Origin: Callorhinchus milii
Taxonomy: Eukaryota
Direction: 5' to 3'
Length of the DNA stretch: 64,000 nt
NCBI RefSeq assembly: GCF_018977255.1
Contig: NW_024704748.1
Span: 15,252,001 to 15,316,000, forward strand
Both the position numbers and the translations under genes were made by a program. The notes below the pieces were generated by a model. It made no database searches. It was not told the DNA's origin and saw only the letters and a list, made by a program, of their open reading frames with translations. This document shows, piece after piece, positions 1 through 12,706 of this stretch (position 1 is the stretch's first letter; each line of letters begins with the position of its first letter).

Positions 1-734
1 TCTTGAAAATTGACTTCCAAGTGACGGCTCCACTGATTAATTTTTAAAGCAAACAAAACACTCCCTGGTGCTCTCATCAATTTTAATCAGCTGTGTGGTC
101 TCCGGAAAGGTAAAAGCACAGGAGGCTGCAGCCCTCTCAATAGGGGATAGTTGAGATCTCAAGCATTCAAATGGTAAACCTGCTCAGTGTTGGATGTTGC
201 ACGTTAACTATAATTAGTACTATAAAAGAAGTTGCCAGGACTGTAGTTATGGTGGGATGAAAAGTCCACACAACTGTGCAGAATGTGGCAGAGAATTTCC
301 TTAGACTTTAATGGCGTACTGGGGCTACTTCAGAATTTTGTAACACAATATTTCTGCAGTTAGTACGATGTAGGCATTCCATAACTGTTACTATACTGGT
401 CAGTGTATTGACATGACCAGTGTAATGTTGCAATGCGGGCGTCTAACTCACAAAGAGATTCACATCCAACCTTTATTATACATGTGAGTGTGTGCAAAAA
501 TGTGCACATGATGACATATTACAACAACAATTTTGTTGTGTGCCAACAACAACTTGCATCTATCTATATAGCACCCTTCACATGGGGTAGCGTCTCAGAA
601 GTAGTCAACAAGTACAAGTCACAGCACCACAATCCAGTGTAAGTGTGACACATATCTGGGAAGAAGGGGACTGTTAATGCCTGCACTCTACAATATTCAG
701 CAGAATTCTGTTTACAAATTCTGGTAAGAGAGCG

Positions 735-833
735 AGTTAATGGGATTAATTTGGACAGCTCTTTTCGAAGAGCCAGCATAGACACGATGGGTCGAATGGC
801 CTCCTTCTGTGCTGTATAATTCTATGATTTTAT
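735..833 (+). mobile_element. CR1-type 3' tail fragment (HE1 SINE/HER1 LINE-like)
   Basis: gatgggtcgaatggcctccttctgtgctgt...ttctatga tail; a related copy lies on the minus strand at about 63180-63270. Confidence 0.6.
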
Positions 834-1189
834 GACATTAATGGCAGATGCTCATTTACTACAGTGACAACCACTCTCTGCAGGGAATGCACTCTGGAAA
901 GAACTATACGTGATTATAATTACAGAAAGAACGATGTGTAACACAACAATAAGTGTGACATGTCGTGCAGAAAGGTTGAAGCGAGAGGTATTTCAAAATC
1001 TTCATTTTCCTCAGTTTGAGTTTTGATAATTCCATATCAATCTAGGTTAATTCAAGAGTTCCAACTCAATAAAAAGCAATCTGACTGATTTGAATTTCAA
1101 TAATCCAGTCCATTCAGTTAAATTTACAAGGGTATTGTGTGTAACAATCGCCACACGTTAGAAATCTTATCATTTAGTCTAGAGAAATT

Positions 1190-1582
1190 ACAGTTTCAGA
1201 AGGATGCCATTGAGCCAGACAGTGCCAGAGTAAGGGATATTTCGAAGCAGCAGGAAAATAAGGAAAATAATAAAGGGATTCGATAGGGTAGATACAGAAA
1301 AACAAGGGGGCATAATCTTAAAATCAGACCTCGGCATTTAGGAGTGAAATTAGGAGGCAGTTTTTCACCCAAAGGGTAGTGGGAATTGGGAACTCTCTTC
1401 CTCAAAAGGCTGTGGAGAGTAGATTCATTCACATTTTCAAGACTGAGGTGGATAGATATTTGTTAGGTCAGGTATCAAGGGATACTGGGCAATGACGAGT
1501 AATTGGAGTTGATTTGCCATGGTCCTAAAGAATGGCGGAACAGGATTGAGGGGCTGAATGGCCTACTCTTGTTTCTGTGTTT
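1190..1582 (+). mobile_element. CR1 LINE 3' fragment (degenerate ORF2 end plus 3' UTR)
   Basis: Degenerate RGHNLKI...FFTQRVVG-WNSLPQKAVE-like coding sequence, followed by gggctgaatggcctactcttgtt tail. Confidence 0.75.
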
Positions 1583-3074
1583 CAAAGGAACACTCTAAGG
1601 AACATGTTTCTAAGTATCCTGTTCTTTATTAAATAGTATTCAGGCTTTTATGGAGACGCAGTTCATATTTAACGCCCTTGTGTGCAAAAACATATTCTTC
1701 CAATCTTCTCCCTTTTTCGGTTGCTCTTCATTTGATGACCTTGTCACCCACCAGTTGTTGGAAACAATTTGTGCTAAAATATGTCTTTGCTGCAAAACCA
1801 TTGAGTAATTGTTCCAGCTCTTCACCTGCTCCTCCTCCTCCCTGCACTGACAGCGTAACAAGTACCAATTCTACCCTCTAATAATTATACTAATAATCCT
1901 TACATTTTGATATGGCACCTTTCATGTTGGGAAGGCACCTCAAATCTCTTCACAGGATGTACTGTAAAGTGGAATGATTTTGTATCTCGTGGGCGAAAAC
2001 TTCAGGTATATAAAATAATTACACTGATAACCAGAATCTGGATGTGAAACTAGTATTTAGCAAGAATATGTCTTCTGGCAGGACGTCGGATTTTAGGTGT
2101 TTATATTTGGGCTACAATTCCCTTCAGTCTTTAAAGGGTTAGTTCCCCTCCATCCCCGATTCTATCAATTTCTGCAGCTCTTTAGAGATCTTGGCATGTA
2201 TTGGATATTAAATGCTGGACTCAGCAAATCTGGGGGAATGAATGAAATGCTGGGAGTTGTAGGCATTTTTTGCTTGTGGAGCTAACCTCTCTGGGGAGCG
2301 GGGATTCCGAGAAAGAGCCTTTCCTCTGCTTAACATTCAGCAGCTATTCTTTGAAGCAGTTTGTAGAAGGAATGAAATGGCACGCATGAATTCACACACC
2401 AGACACGTAACAATCACATTGCATTCATCAGCACTAACCTTGGCTCAATGTTCCCATTGTACTGTCAGAAACCTGAGCATGTTAGAGGTGATTGTGTGTT
2501 TGATTGAGTCTGTTTTTTTTCTTTGATTTCGCCCTTGATGTGTTTTACCATTCTTTTCCATCTACTCTTTCTCTTTTCTCGGACAGAAAAGAAATCAGAA
2601 GATGTGTGAAGGATTTTAAGCTTCCAGATGTTTGCAGAATTTAGTAAAGACCTTATATTTTTTCCAATAATTCAGATCTACTACTTTCCTGCTTTAATAA
2701 ATATAGTTCCATCACTCCCACAGGGAGATGGATTAGAAGTTGCTCGCTCATTTTATCTTCCTTCCTCCTCGCTTAGTCTGCTGTTTGACTTTAATGTGGA
2801 TCAGAATACAGAGCAAATACAAATTATTTCAATGTAAAAACTGGTGACAAACTTTAACTGGGCAGTTGTATCTGTGAACATTGTAACATGAGAATATTGT
2901 GGCTATGGGTTTGAATGGCTGCACACACAATTGGATGCCGTCAAAAATTACAGTAATGCTGAGTGTGTTTATGTTGTACTTAATGCCTGCTGAGTTGGTT
3001 TGGTTTTCATGTAGATATCATCGGGTTCATGTTGCTTGAAATTATAAGGAAGATGGCAATGGATACAGCTAGAA

Positions 3075-3175
3075 TTTCACCCCCGACATTCTTGCATGAT
3101 CTGGTTGTTAGCTCGAAGTGATAAGTTCAGGCTGGCTGGAATCAGCCAGATCATGCAAGAATGTTGGAGGTGAAA
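3075..3175. repeat. Hairpin with 33-bp inverted arms
   Basis: tttcacccccgacattcttgcatgatctggttg versus cagccagatcatgcaagaatgttggaggtgaaa; 3 differences. Confidence 0.85.
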
Positions 3176-3698
3176 ATCCCAAGCCTGCTTGAAATTCCAG
3201 TCACGAGTTGATCAAGGTTACTTAGTGTTGCTCAGCTAAAGAGGTAACAGCAGTGGATGTTTTGGTAAGGTGGAAAAAAACACATCAGAAAAGCAATGTT
3301 ATTATCTTTGATATGCTCAAACTGAGAACATTGATTCCTGTTTACTCAGTTCATTTGAAAGCACCTGACTACTTTTAACCTTCTTTGATATGCGTGTCAG
3401 CAGATAAGTCAACCGCTGAAGACATCATAGTTTAGCCCAATCCTGATCTCACATGATGACTACACACGTAAATATCAAGCTGAGAGTCACTGAATTGCAA
3501 TTCAGCTGAACCTTCATCGATTCCTCTACTTTAATCTCACCTTGATTCCCAGGGCACTTGCCTTCTCTTTTCGAATAGTGTTATGGAATATATTTATCAA
3601 CAAAATACACAGTCAATTCAGTTTACTGTATACCCTGTGAAACGTTTCAATGACGTGACAAGGTACTATGTCAATGCAAGGATTATTATTATTACCCA

Positions 3699-4013
3699 AA
3701 TAATAATAATAGTAATCCTTGCATTTGATATAGTGCTTTTCAAGTCTTCTAGATGTCTCAAAGCGCTTCACAGAATATGCGTAAAGTGAATTGACCGTAT
3801 ACTTGTGGGTGAAACGCGGCAGCCAATTATGCACAGCAATATCCCACAAACAGTCGTGGAATGAAAATGACCAATTTATTATTGTTTTTTGTTTTGGAGG
3901 GATTATTATTAGGTGTGTGGAGTAAGGAAACTTGCCCAAGGTTTCGCCCTGCCTGGAATTGAACCCAGGTGTCTTGCTTGCAAGGCGAGTGCTCTAACCA
4001 CTGAGCTATAGGC
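3699..4013 (-). mobile_element. Full-length tRNA-Ala-derived DeuSINE (short form)
   Basis: A/B boxes, TGC anticodon loop, Deu-like tgctgtgc..aattggctgccgcg core, L2-like tail plus (TTA)n; closely similar to copies at 53433 and 62800. Confidence 0.88.
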
Positions 4014-4838
4014 AAGCTGGCAAGACCTCAGTTTGAAACTCATCCTTCTAGGGGAAAGCTGTATGTGAATTTTTTTTAAACTAGCATCACATATGAAGAT
4101 ATCTGCAACACTCCTGTACAAGCAGAGCATGTGTGTAAAATGCCTGAAGCAACATTGATACTCCTTCAAAACCAATGAAAGTCAAAAATTCAGCAGTTTT
4201 GAGGTGAGATGTTCAATTCTGTCTCTGTTAAGCTGCAAATAGATTGAAATACATCAAAGTGCTCTTTCTTCATGGCTAGACTCCTCTGCTGAGAAATTTG
4301 CAGAAATCTTTTGCACAGTTGTAATGCAATGCCATTTTACTGTTCGTCTTGAAAGGGTCTGATGAATTATAGTTTAAGAGAATGAATCTCTGATTCCAAA
4401 ATAGTGCTTCTCTTCTGAACTGTACTGGACTCGTTGTAAGATAACCAACAAAAGTATCAACATGTAAAAAAATTCTGAAATAAAAATGAATGCCGAGCAA
4501 AGTAAGGCATGCAGCCGGATGGAGTTGGCGGGATGGAATGGGTGGGTAGGAGAGGATGGTCACAGATGATCAGTTAAGATGGGGTAAAGTGGTGGAGGCA
4601 TTTGAAAATGAGGCACGTTGGGCCGGGCGGGTAAACGGTCAATAACAATCATGTAAGTTAAAGGAGTTTGACAGCACGAGGGGGAAATGGGAATTAAATA
4701 AAAATCATAATAAGTAAAATATTTTAACTTTCCTGCTGGTTAATAATAATAATCCTTGCATTTGGTTTAGCACCTCATTACATCTTCAAAACGTCTCAAA
4801 GCCCAGCTCCACGATTTAAAAAAAAAAAAAAAAAAAAA

Positions 4839-5330
4839 TCCGGCTCATTCAGAACTCTGCTGCCCGCATACTTACCCGGACCACCACCTTACCCCCAGCT
4901 CACCAGTTCTGGCCAGGCTCCACTGGCTCCCCATCACCGAACGGATCAACTTCAAGATCCTCACACTCGTGTTCAAATCCCTTCGCTCCCTACCTCTCTG
5001 ATCACCTCACCCCTCAATCCACCACCCTGCGCCTCCGCTCAATTGTCACCGGCCTCCTGCTTGTCCATCGCACCCTCTGCTCTACCATTGGAAGCCAGGC
5101 TTCCTGACCCAACTGTCCAGCGCCTTGGGACGTCCTCCCGACGTGAAAGGCGCTCTATAAATGGAATCCTGTTGTTGTTGTTTCAGCCACTATGCCCCAT
5201 AACTCTGGAATACTCTCATCCCTGTGCCTTGCCCCCTCTCCCCTTTTTCAAGTCCTGTCTGAAAACCTTCCTTTTCGACCATGCTTACGTGCATTGATGG
5301 CGCTATATAAGTGCAAGTTGTCATTGTTCC
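4839..5330 (+). mobile_element. L2 LINE 3' fragment(s), nested
   Basis: RLIQNSAARILTRT...LHWLPITERINFKIL coding remnant; an L2 tail with (GTT)n sits internally at about 5100-5182. Confidence 0.75.
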
Positions 5331-6044
5331 TACTTACTGCTAGGTAAACAGAGGCGTGTAGAGTAAAGAAACTTCCCCATCGTTTTGCCCTGTTGTGTTT
5401 GATCAGTTTGGGCAATGTTTAGGTGTGGTCCAGTAAAATGAGACAAAAAAGGGAGAGCAATTTCTTCATAGTTAAACATTTTGCAAAATAGCTGCTGAAT
5501 TCAGCCTGTTTTTTAAACATGCGAAAAGAGGTTGATGATTGTCAGTCTACAGCAGTTTAATCCAAGTGTGTGTACAGATATAGTGCCTATTTTTTGCTGA
5601 TCTTTGCTGGAGCCGGCATCTGGAGAATGTTGCTGTGACTCAGGGCATATCATATAGTTAGAGTTTACTTCAGGGCTTTCTGGGGTGTGGTTAACCTTTG
5701 TATTAATAACAAGCAATGTATTTGACTGTATCCTAGCAACGTCCATATTGGAACTTCACAACTCAGTTTAAGTTATAATAAGATAGCCGTACCTTATATT
5801 GCTGTGCGCAAATGGGCTACCGTGTTATCCTATAAATACACAGTCTACTTCACAGTAAATCCTATGAAGCGCTTTGAGATGTCATCCTGATGTGAATGGC
5901 ACTATACCACATTCAAGGATGATAATGATTATTATCTATTATTATTATTGGTGGAAAGCACAATCCTAAGCTAGTTACAACTGTGTGCTGCTATACTATT
6001 ACTTTGTAAAATTACAGCTGAACGATATGCAGTTTCAGTATTTA

Positions 6045-6230
6045 ATCTCTTTGACCGAGCCTTCAGCTCCCCTCTCAACTCTCTACCCCCTCTCAACTCT
6101 CTACTCCTTCCCTCCCTTCCCTCACCCTGACCATTTCCCCGCTGCTCGGGTCCTGACCAACTGTCCAGCACCTTGGGACGTCCTCCTGACGTGAAAGGCG
6201 CTCTATAAATGGAATCTTGTTGTTGTTGTT
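6045..6230 (+). mobile_element. L2 3' end fragment
   Basis: Same tail as 5105-5182 (ctgtccagcaccttgggacgtcctcctgacgtgaaaggcgctctataaatggaatc(ttg)n). Confidence 0.75.
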
Positions 6231-6269
6231 TAATCAAAGATTTTGCCTTGGTTTCAGTTCCTGGCCCTT

Positions 6270-6895
6270 TGACAAGTATCTGATTGTGGTCTTGAAGATG
6301 CACTTTCAAGAGTATTACTGAACGGAAAATGTTCCACAAACTCCAGGTCATGCAGAACTCTGCAGCCTGTATCATCTTTCACACCAAGCTCCGCACGCCT
6401 GTTATCCCTATCCTCACCTGCTGCACTGACTCCCTATCCCCAAGCAATTTGAACAGAAAAATACACAGACACTAGACTGTAATTCCTGTGAAGCACTTTG
6501 GGACATCATCCCAATGTGAAAGGCCTTGTATCAAATGCAAGGGTTATTTATTATTACAATATTTAAGTAATAATCGCCTTCAAATACCTCCACACAATTT
6601 CTTATCCTATCTCCATGAAATCCTGTGACCCTGGGCATTCCTTCCACTTCACCTCAGATCTTCGTCATGTCCCATCATCGATAGGCGTGCCAAACCACTT
6701 TTTAGCCACTTTTCCCTCTCCTGAAATTTCTCTGCCTTTCCCCTTATCTCTGAAGCTTTAATCTGGCCTGAACATCTACCACACTGGCTGCACCTTCAGC
6801 GATTCCCTCTCTCCCAGTTTGGGCTTCTGTTCAGCCTTCGTAAAGCACTTCAAGATTCTCCCAACATGAAATGTGCTGTATGAGTGAATTATTGT
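6270..6895 (+). mobile_element. Old, degraded L2 fragment with an inserted SINE tail
   Basis: KLQVMQNSAACII...PVIPIL remnant; SINE-type tail at about 6460-6555. Confidence 0.55.
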
Positions 6896-7574
6896 TCTGA
6901 AAAGTCAGTGAAATCCCTCAGTAAAGAACAATCAGCTGGCCTTAGATCAAATCTTTTTCAGAGGTATTCAAAGAGAACAGATCACAATGTTACTATAGAA
7001 GGACTCTCACCTTCGATCATTCCCTACAGTGAGAGTTTGTGACATTGATTGTGCGCTCTATAAATGGAATCTTGTTGTTGTTGTTGTTGTGTTGTTGTAA
7101 AGATGAGGCACTTTCCTTGGAAGGGAGGAGTATGTGTCAATCAGATGCCTTCCTTGTTAGAGCAGCATTAGCAGTAACCTGGAAGCAGGAGTGTTTGCTA
7201 TCTCTGTCTGTCGTCTTGGTTGAATAATTGCATGTAGCGGCAGAAGGGGAGAAATAATTCCTGTTAAATGTTTCAAATGTACAGGCCACAATGAGTAAAC
7301 TTTCCTCTCCCGTGTTTTTTAACTCAAATCACACAGAGTGCTAGAACCAAGTGTGACATGCTTCTAAATAATAATAATCCTTGCATTTGGCTTATCACGT
7401 CATCGAAATGATTCAAAGCAATTTATGGGATTCACTTTAAAGTGCAGTGATAAAAGTTTACAAGTCAGAAATCAATAATTGATGTCACAATTCATAGCAA
7501 TAAACATGGCAATTCATTCCCAATCCCAATTTCAATCTCGAGCAATAATTTATCATTACATTTGTATATATGCC

Positions 7575-8285
7575 AACAAATTATATTTGTACAGCGCCTT
7601 TCACATCGGGATAACGTCCAAAGGCGCTGGACAGTCAGGGATCCACACCTGAGCTGGTGGTTGGGATCAGGAGGAGTGGAGGGAGGGTAGAGGTAGGATG
7701 GTGACTGAAGGCACAGTTGAAGAGGAGGGTCTTGTAGGAGGCAAGGGAGGGGGTGAGGCAGAGTGACTGTGGGATGGAGTTCCAGAGGGTGGGGGCAGAG
7801 AGCCTGAAGGCCCACCTGCTGATGGTGGGCCCGGTGAGGCGGAGGACGTGAATCAGGCGGAGCCCACTAAGCGGAGGGAGCAGACAGGTTAGTAGGGGTT
7901 TAGGAGGTCACAGAGGGAGGAGCAAGGCAGTGGAGGGCTTCGAAGGTGAGGACCAGGATCTTGAACTGTAGCCTCTGAGTGATGGTGAACCAGCAGAGCT
8001 GGGTGAGGATGGGGGTTATAGGGTCATGGAGCCTGGTGCGGGAGAGGACATGGGCTACAGAGTTCTGAATGATCTGCAGCCTGTGGAGGGAGGAGTTGGG
8101 GATGCCGACAAGCAGGGAGTTTGCGTAGTCAATCCTGGATGTGATGGATATGTGCAAGAGGGTCTCGGCGACCTGCGATGAGAGTCAACGGTGGGGGCTG
8201 GGCAGTGTTGTCGAGGTGGGGAAAGGCGGAGCGGGTCATGACACAGATGTGGGGGATGAAAGACAGTTGAGGGTCAAACAGGATG
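7575..8285 (-). mobile_element. L2 LINE 3' fragment (degenerate ORF2 C-terminus)
   Basis: ORF track gives ITSRIDYANSLLVGIP...LQIIQNS...FKILVLTF, typical of the L2 ORF2 end; L2 tail present. Confidence 0.88.
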
Positions 8286-10429
8286 CTGATATATATGTAT
8301 ATACACAAATATATTAAGTTGATGTAAATCAAACCAAAGACATTTTGCAAAACATTTCCTTAGGTGATGCTATCTTGGTAAGGTTTGAGCTAGAGCCGAT
8401 TGTGTATGCAAGTCCATGGAAGGGACTGTTGAGATGGGATGAAGCCTTTCCCTCTTTCTGTGTTTTTTTATATATTCTGACTGTTACGGACTGTATGAAG
8501 AACGTAATCATTTTTCACTTTGGTTTGGTTCACTGGGTGACCTCATTAGAAAGGTTTATCTTGACGCATTGTGGAACCCATCACCATGCTTAAAAAGTAC
8601 GCAATCCAGACAGAGTTCCACATTACACATGCCACCTCCATGTGAAAATTTCCCTGTGTCTGAATGTCTGTGTCGGAAAGGTGAATAGTCGTCAGGATGA
8701 AGGGCTGGCTGCCTTGGGTTTGCTTCACGTTTTATTGCTGAAGTGAGCAAAGGTTTGACAGTGATGACTGCCTGGGATCACCTTGCGGGCACTGCTGCTG
8801 AGTAAATTGATCCAATGTTTCAATGTGTATTTGGCAGATGTAGGAACAAAGGTCTCAGTAATTCTCATTGTTAGTCATTAACAGTCTACTATGCCTATGT
8901 TATAAGAGACTGATACAGAATCACAGCTGTTATCCCATCTGTCAAACAGGGTCCATCTATTCCTATAATGATGGCCTTTTAGAAGTTATTACTACCCATT
9001 CAGTGCGATGCGATTGTCATGATATGTGATATCATCTAACAAGGGCTTAGCTTTTATCTCGAAGGAAGGTGGCGAGTATGAAAGAGATAATCTTTTAAAT
9101 TGTACTTAATACCATTTCATTGTACTACCACTGCTATGTGATTGTAAAGAATTTAAAGGCTTCTTTATCTATATGAATGGGTTTCAAATGTACCCGACCT
9201 CTGCTTTGAAATGTTTTTTTCTGTACAAACGTAGCTAATATGTTTTAAGTGGTGTAAATTGGATCTGATTCCTTGTGTTCTATTATTCATTGGCATTGTC
9301 CTTGTAACATTCCTGTAAGGTTAGAGGTTTCTTTGTTTTTTTTTAAATATTTAAAAAAAAGCCTGCTGTGAAGCGAACGCAAGCCTGTAAATAATGAATT
9401 AACAGCAAAATGTGAAGCTCGTCTATCAGGAGTATCCCTGAGTCAGGAGGAAGGATTCAGAAGCCCACAGTCAGCACTGTCACCTTGAGATTAACTTGTG
9501 TCTTCCATTTTCATTGTCTGGCATCACAACTCCTTACGGTTTGGACTATTGACGAGCATGTGTACTCAATAATTTTTATTATTGCAGGAAGGCCCTGGAC
9601 ACCCTAACCATTTAAAATGTGTCTCTACATTCCTGCTGTAAAAAAAAATCAAACAGCAACGAAAACCAAATCTTCCACATTTTATTTGTTGTCTGTATCT
9701 GTTGCTTACTTGGACAATGATGATCTTTCAACATTAGCATTTGCTTCCATCTGTGTTTATATCTTGTTAGTTGCTGTTTGAAGCTGGACTGCATATTCCT
9801 TCCCCTCCCCTCAAAAAAANTCTAATTTAGGGAATGTAAGGTTAGAATCGGGTATTACATCTGTAGATAGTATCTGTGATCTGTAGATGTTTGCACCTTC
9901 CTGGTTTGCACTATTACTAGATGCATGTACTTTTCTTTTTTTCTGAGAGCACCTTCTTGAGGGTGTTACCTGATACCTCATTTGTTCAAGGGAACAATGA
10001 GAATCTACACTTTCAGAATAACAGCAAGTACAGAACCTCCTGCACACAACATAGTTAATTTGCTGTTTGAAATCACTTCAAACTAAACTCAGTCACTTTT
10101 GAAAATTTAATCGATATAAATTTATACCAGATTATTACGGCACTTTGATTTTTTTTTCCCCCAGAATAGTCCATTCTGTAGTAGCTAACCAGCAAGAGTT
10201 GCCGTGCAAGTGACCCTGTGAAGCTCTTTGAGACGTGGTCCTGATTCAATCATATGATCAGGGAAGGATGATCACTTATACTTGGTTGTAATAATTTAAA
10301 AAAAATTGAATTGCCTCATGTGTGGTGTTGTGACTGTAACCAAAGTTTTTTTTTGGTCTGAATTCCAATTTTGCTTCAGCCATTTGTTGGTGTATTTAAT
10401 GTTATCGCTGATAAATTAATATTGTATCA

Positions 10430-11070
10430 CGTTTGCCCACAAAATACAGTCACACCATTTGACGATATATCCTATGAAGTCCTTTGAGACGTATCGATGA
10501 TATGATAAAGTGCTCCATCAATTGCAAGTAATATTATTGAACCGTTTTTTTCAGTAAACATATATTCATTGCTAAACTTTTGGTTGTAGAAGGATATTCA
10601 AGTCTGCATTTCTCAATAAACCAGGCTGGCTAGAATTCTGCTTAAAAAAATGGTACTTCTGATGTGCATTGGGCATTGGCAAATCTAATCTCTACTTTGA
10701 ATCCTCTATCCAGTGCACTGGACCCAAATAATAATAATAATCCTTGCATTTGATATAGCGCCTTATCGCATCTTTGAGACGTCTCAAAGCACTTCACAGA
10801 ATATACTGTAAAATGAATTGACTGTGTATTTTGTGGGCAGCACAAAATATTACTTTAGGGAGAAGGGAGTTTCTCTTGATGTCCTGATCAACAATTGCCC
10901 CCACACCAAATAACATTTCAGTTCTTAGCTGCTTGTGGAACATTGTTGTGTGCAAATTGGCTACCAAGTTCACCCACAAAATGCAAACCATCACTGCATT
11001 TTACTGTATATCCCATGAAGTGCCTTGGTATGTGTCAATGATGTAGCTATGTAAAATGCAAGGATTATTA
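10430..11070. mobile_element. Cluster of three truncated DeuSINE 3' fragments (+, -, +)
   Basis: Tails ending near 10538 (+), 10727-10840 (-) and 10930-11070 (+). Confidence 0.7.
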
Positions 11071-12681
11071 TATTTACTGCTGGCAACATGAGGCATCAGA
11101 TTCATAGGACGGGGGGTGTAATTGTCCTGTCTTCTCTCATATGGTTGCAAATTGTTTTTATATTGCGAATATCGGGTTATTTAATGCCTAATTCATACAG
11201 ACAGGATTACAGCTGCATAGTATCTTGTACTCTGTTGCTTTTGGGTATAGGCATGCATCCATGTTCATAATTAAATCTGGGCACTATGCAGTCGAGAGCA
11301 AAATAGAAATCAACGATAAAACAGGAGAAAATTGCTGGATAACATGGAAAGGTTTTTGCATTTCTTTAAATACAATTACATAATAATTATTATGGAGCAC
11401 TTTAGAGTTGGTGCACTGGTCTTTTTTATATTCAAGTGCATACTTAAAGTGTCAACTGGTCGTTTGTCTGGAGTGTATTGATCTTTCATCCTCTTTAAGA
11501 CTCATTGATTAAAACCTGGGAGCTTGGCAGGGTATAGATCTGAAGGCATTCCTATCAAATGATGTGATTGGAAAGTCTTCTCTCGTATTGAGTATCCCTC
11601 CCAATGAATGATGCGGGGAGGAGAAGAGGCTTTCCTTGGTTTAGGGAGAATGGGGATTTTAAATGAGGATCTTGGCTGCTTGTAGGAATTTTGGGCAAGA
11701 CTGACAGATAGCCTCTTTCCCTCCCCCTTCACCCATCCTCATTCTAAATCTTAACACTTCCCTAAACCAAGGCAATCCCTCGCTTGAAACTAAACAAAGA
11801 CATTTGCTTGAAGCAATAGTGTACCCCAGGCTCTAGTGTCAACTTTCAAACTGAGTCAGGACTCCCTTCTTCTTCATTGGAAACCTCTTTCTACCTGATG
11901 TATTGGATCCTGGTTTTCTGAGGCTGCAGAGATCCCGATTTTTACTGAAGGGTTTGTAGTGATATCCCCTAACCCTCCTTGCCTTTGGGCCGAGGTTATT
12001 GGGTAACAATACTGTGGGAGATCAAGACATTGATTGGTATTCCACATCAGTGCAAACCCTGCATTATATTCAGGGAAATCTTTGGGGTGTCCGTTGGTTC
12101 AGGACTGGAATACCTGATTGACTTGCTCTTATTCTTGGTGACGTCTCAGTCTTCTAGCACTTGGTCGAGAGGCATCCAGTAATTACCTAGTTGGCTTTGG
12201 TAGGTAACAGTATGAAAAGATAATGTATTCCCTTTGATGAGAGGAGACACTGTCATAAAATGTAGGTATTTTTAGATTGTTGCTAATTGAAGGCGAGATT
12301 CTGTGTTCTGCACTACTGGCATCCTGTTCCAGTGAGTTTCTGTATTTAACAGGCGCATTGCTTGGCAAGGTGTTTCTCGCTTTCTCAACTGCCACCACCA
12401 CTCAGGGACAGCCTTCTGGATCTAAGTGAAGCTTATCTCTATCAGTTCAAATCCTATCCAGCTCCACATGACAATTTGGTTGTGAACGTCATACAGGCGT
12501 GGTACAATATTTCTGTCTTGTACATCCTTGAAGTGTTTCCAATGGGATTGAAATTTGGCTTGACTCCTTTAGATAAATGTAATTCAAACTAGGAGCTCAA
12601 TAAAGAGGAAAACCTACGTGCAAACACACAAACTGCAAAATATTTTCATGCATGCTTCTTCCATCCTCTCCTCTTCCAACT

Positions 12682-12706
12682 CCCCCCCCCCCCCCCCCCC
12701 CCCCCC
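12682..12706. repeat. (C)25 homopolymer
   Basis: Read directly. Confidence 0.9.

Noticed and set aside
2112-2262. Short inverted arms ctacaattccc / gggagttgtag
   Set aside because: Only about 11 bp; too weak to call without a search.
2551-2650. Strong polypyrimidine tract plus CAG as a possible cryptic MCU exon
   Set aside because: No convincing donor site or recognisable coding content follows.
9820-9820. Single N base
   Set aside because: Assembly ambiguity or small gap after a poly-A run, not biology; local spacing may be unreliable.
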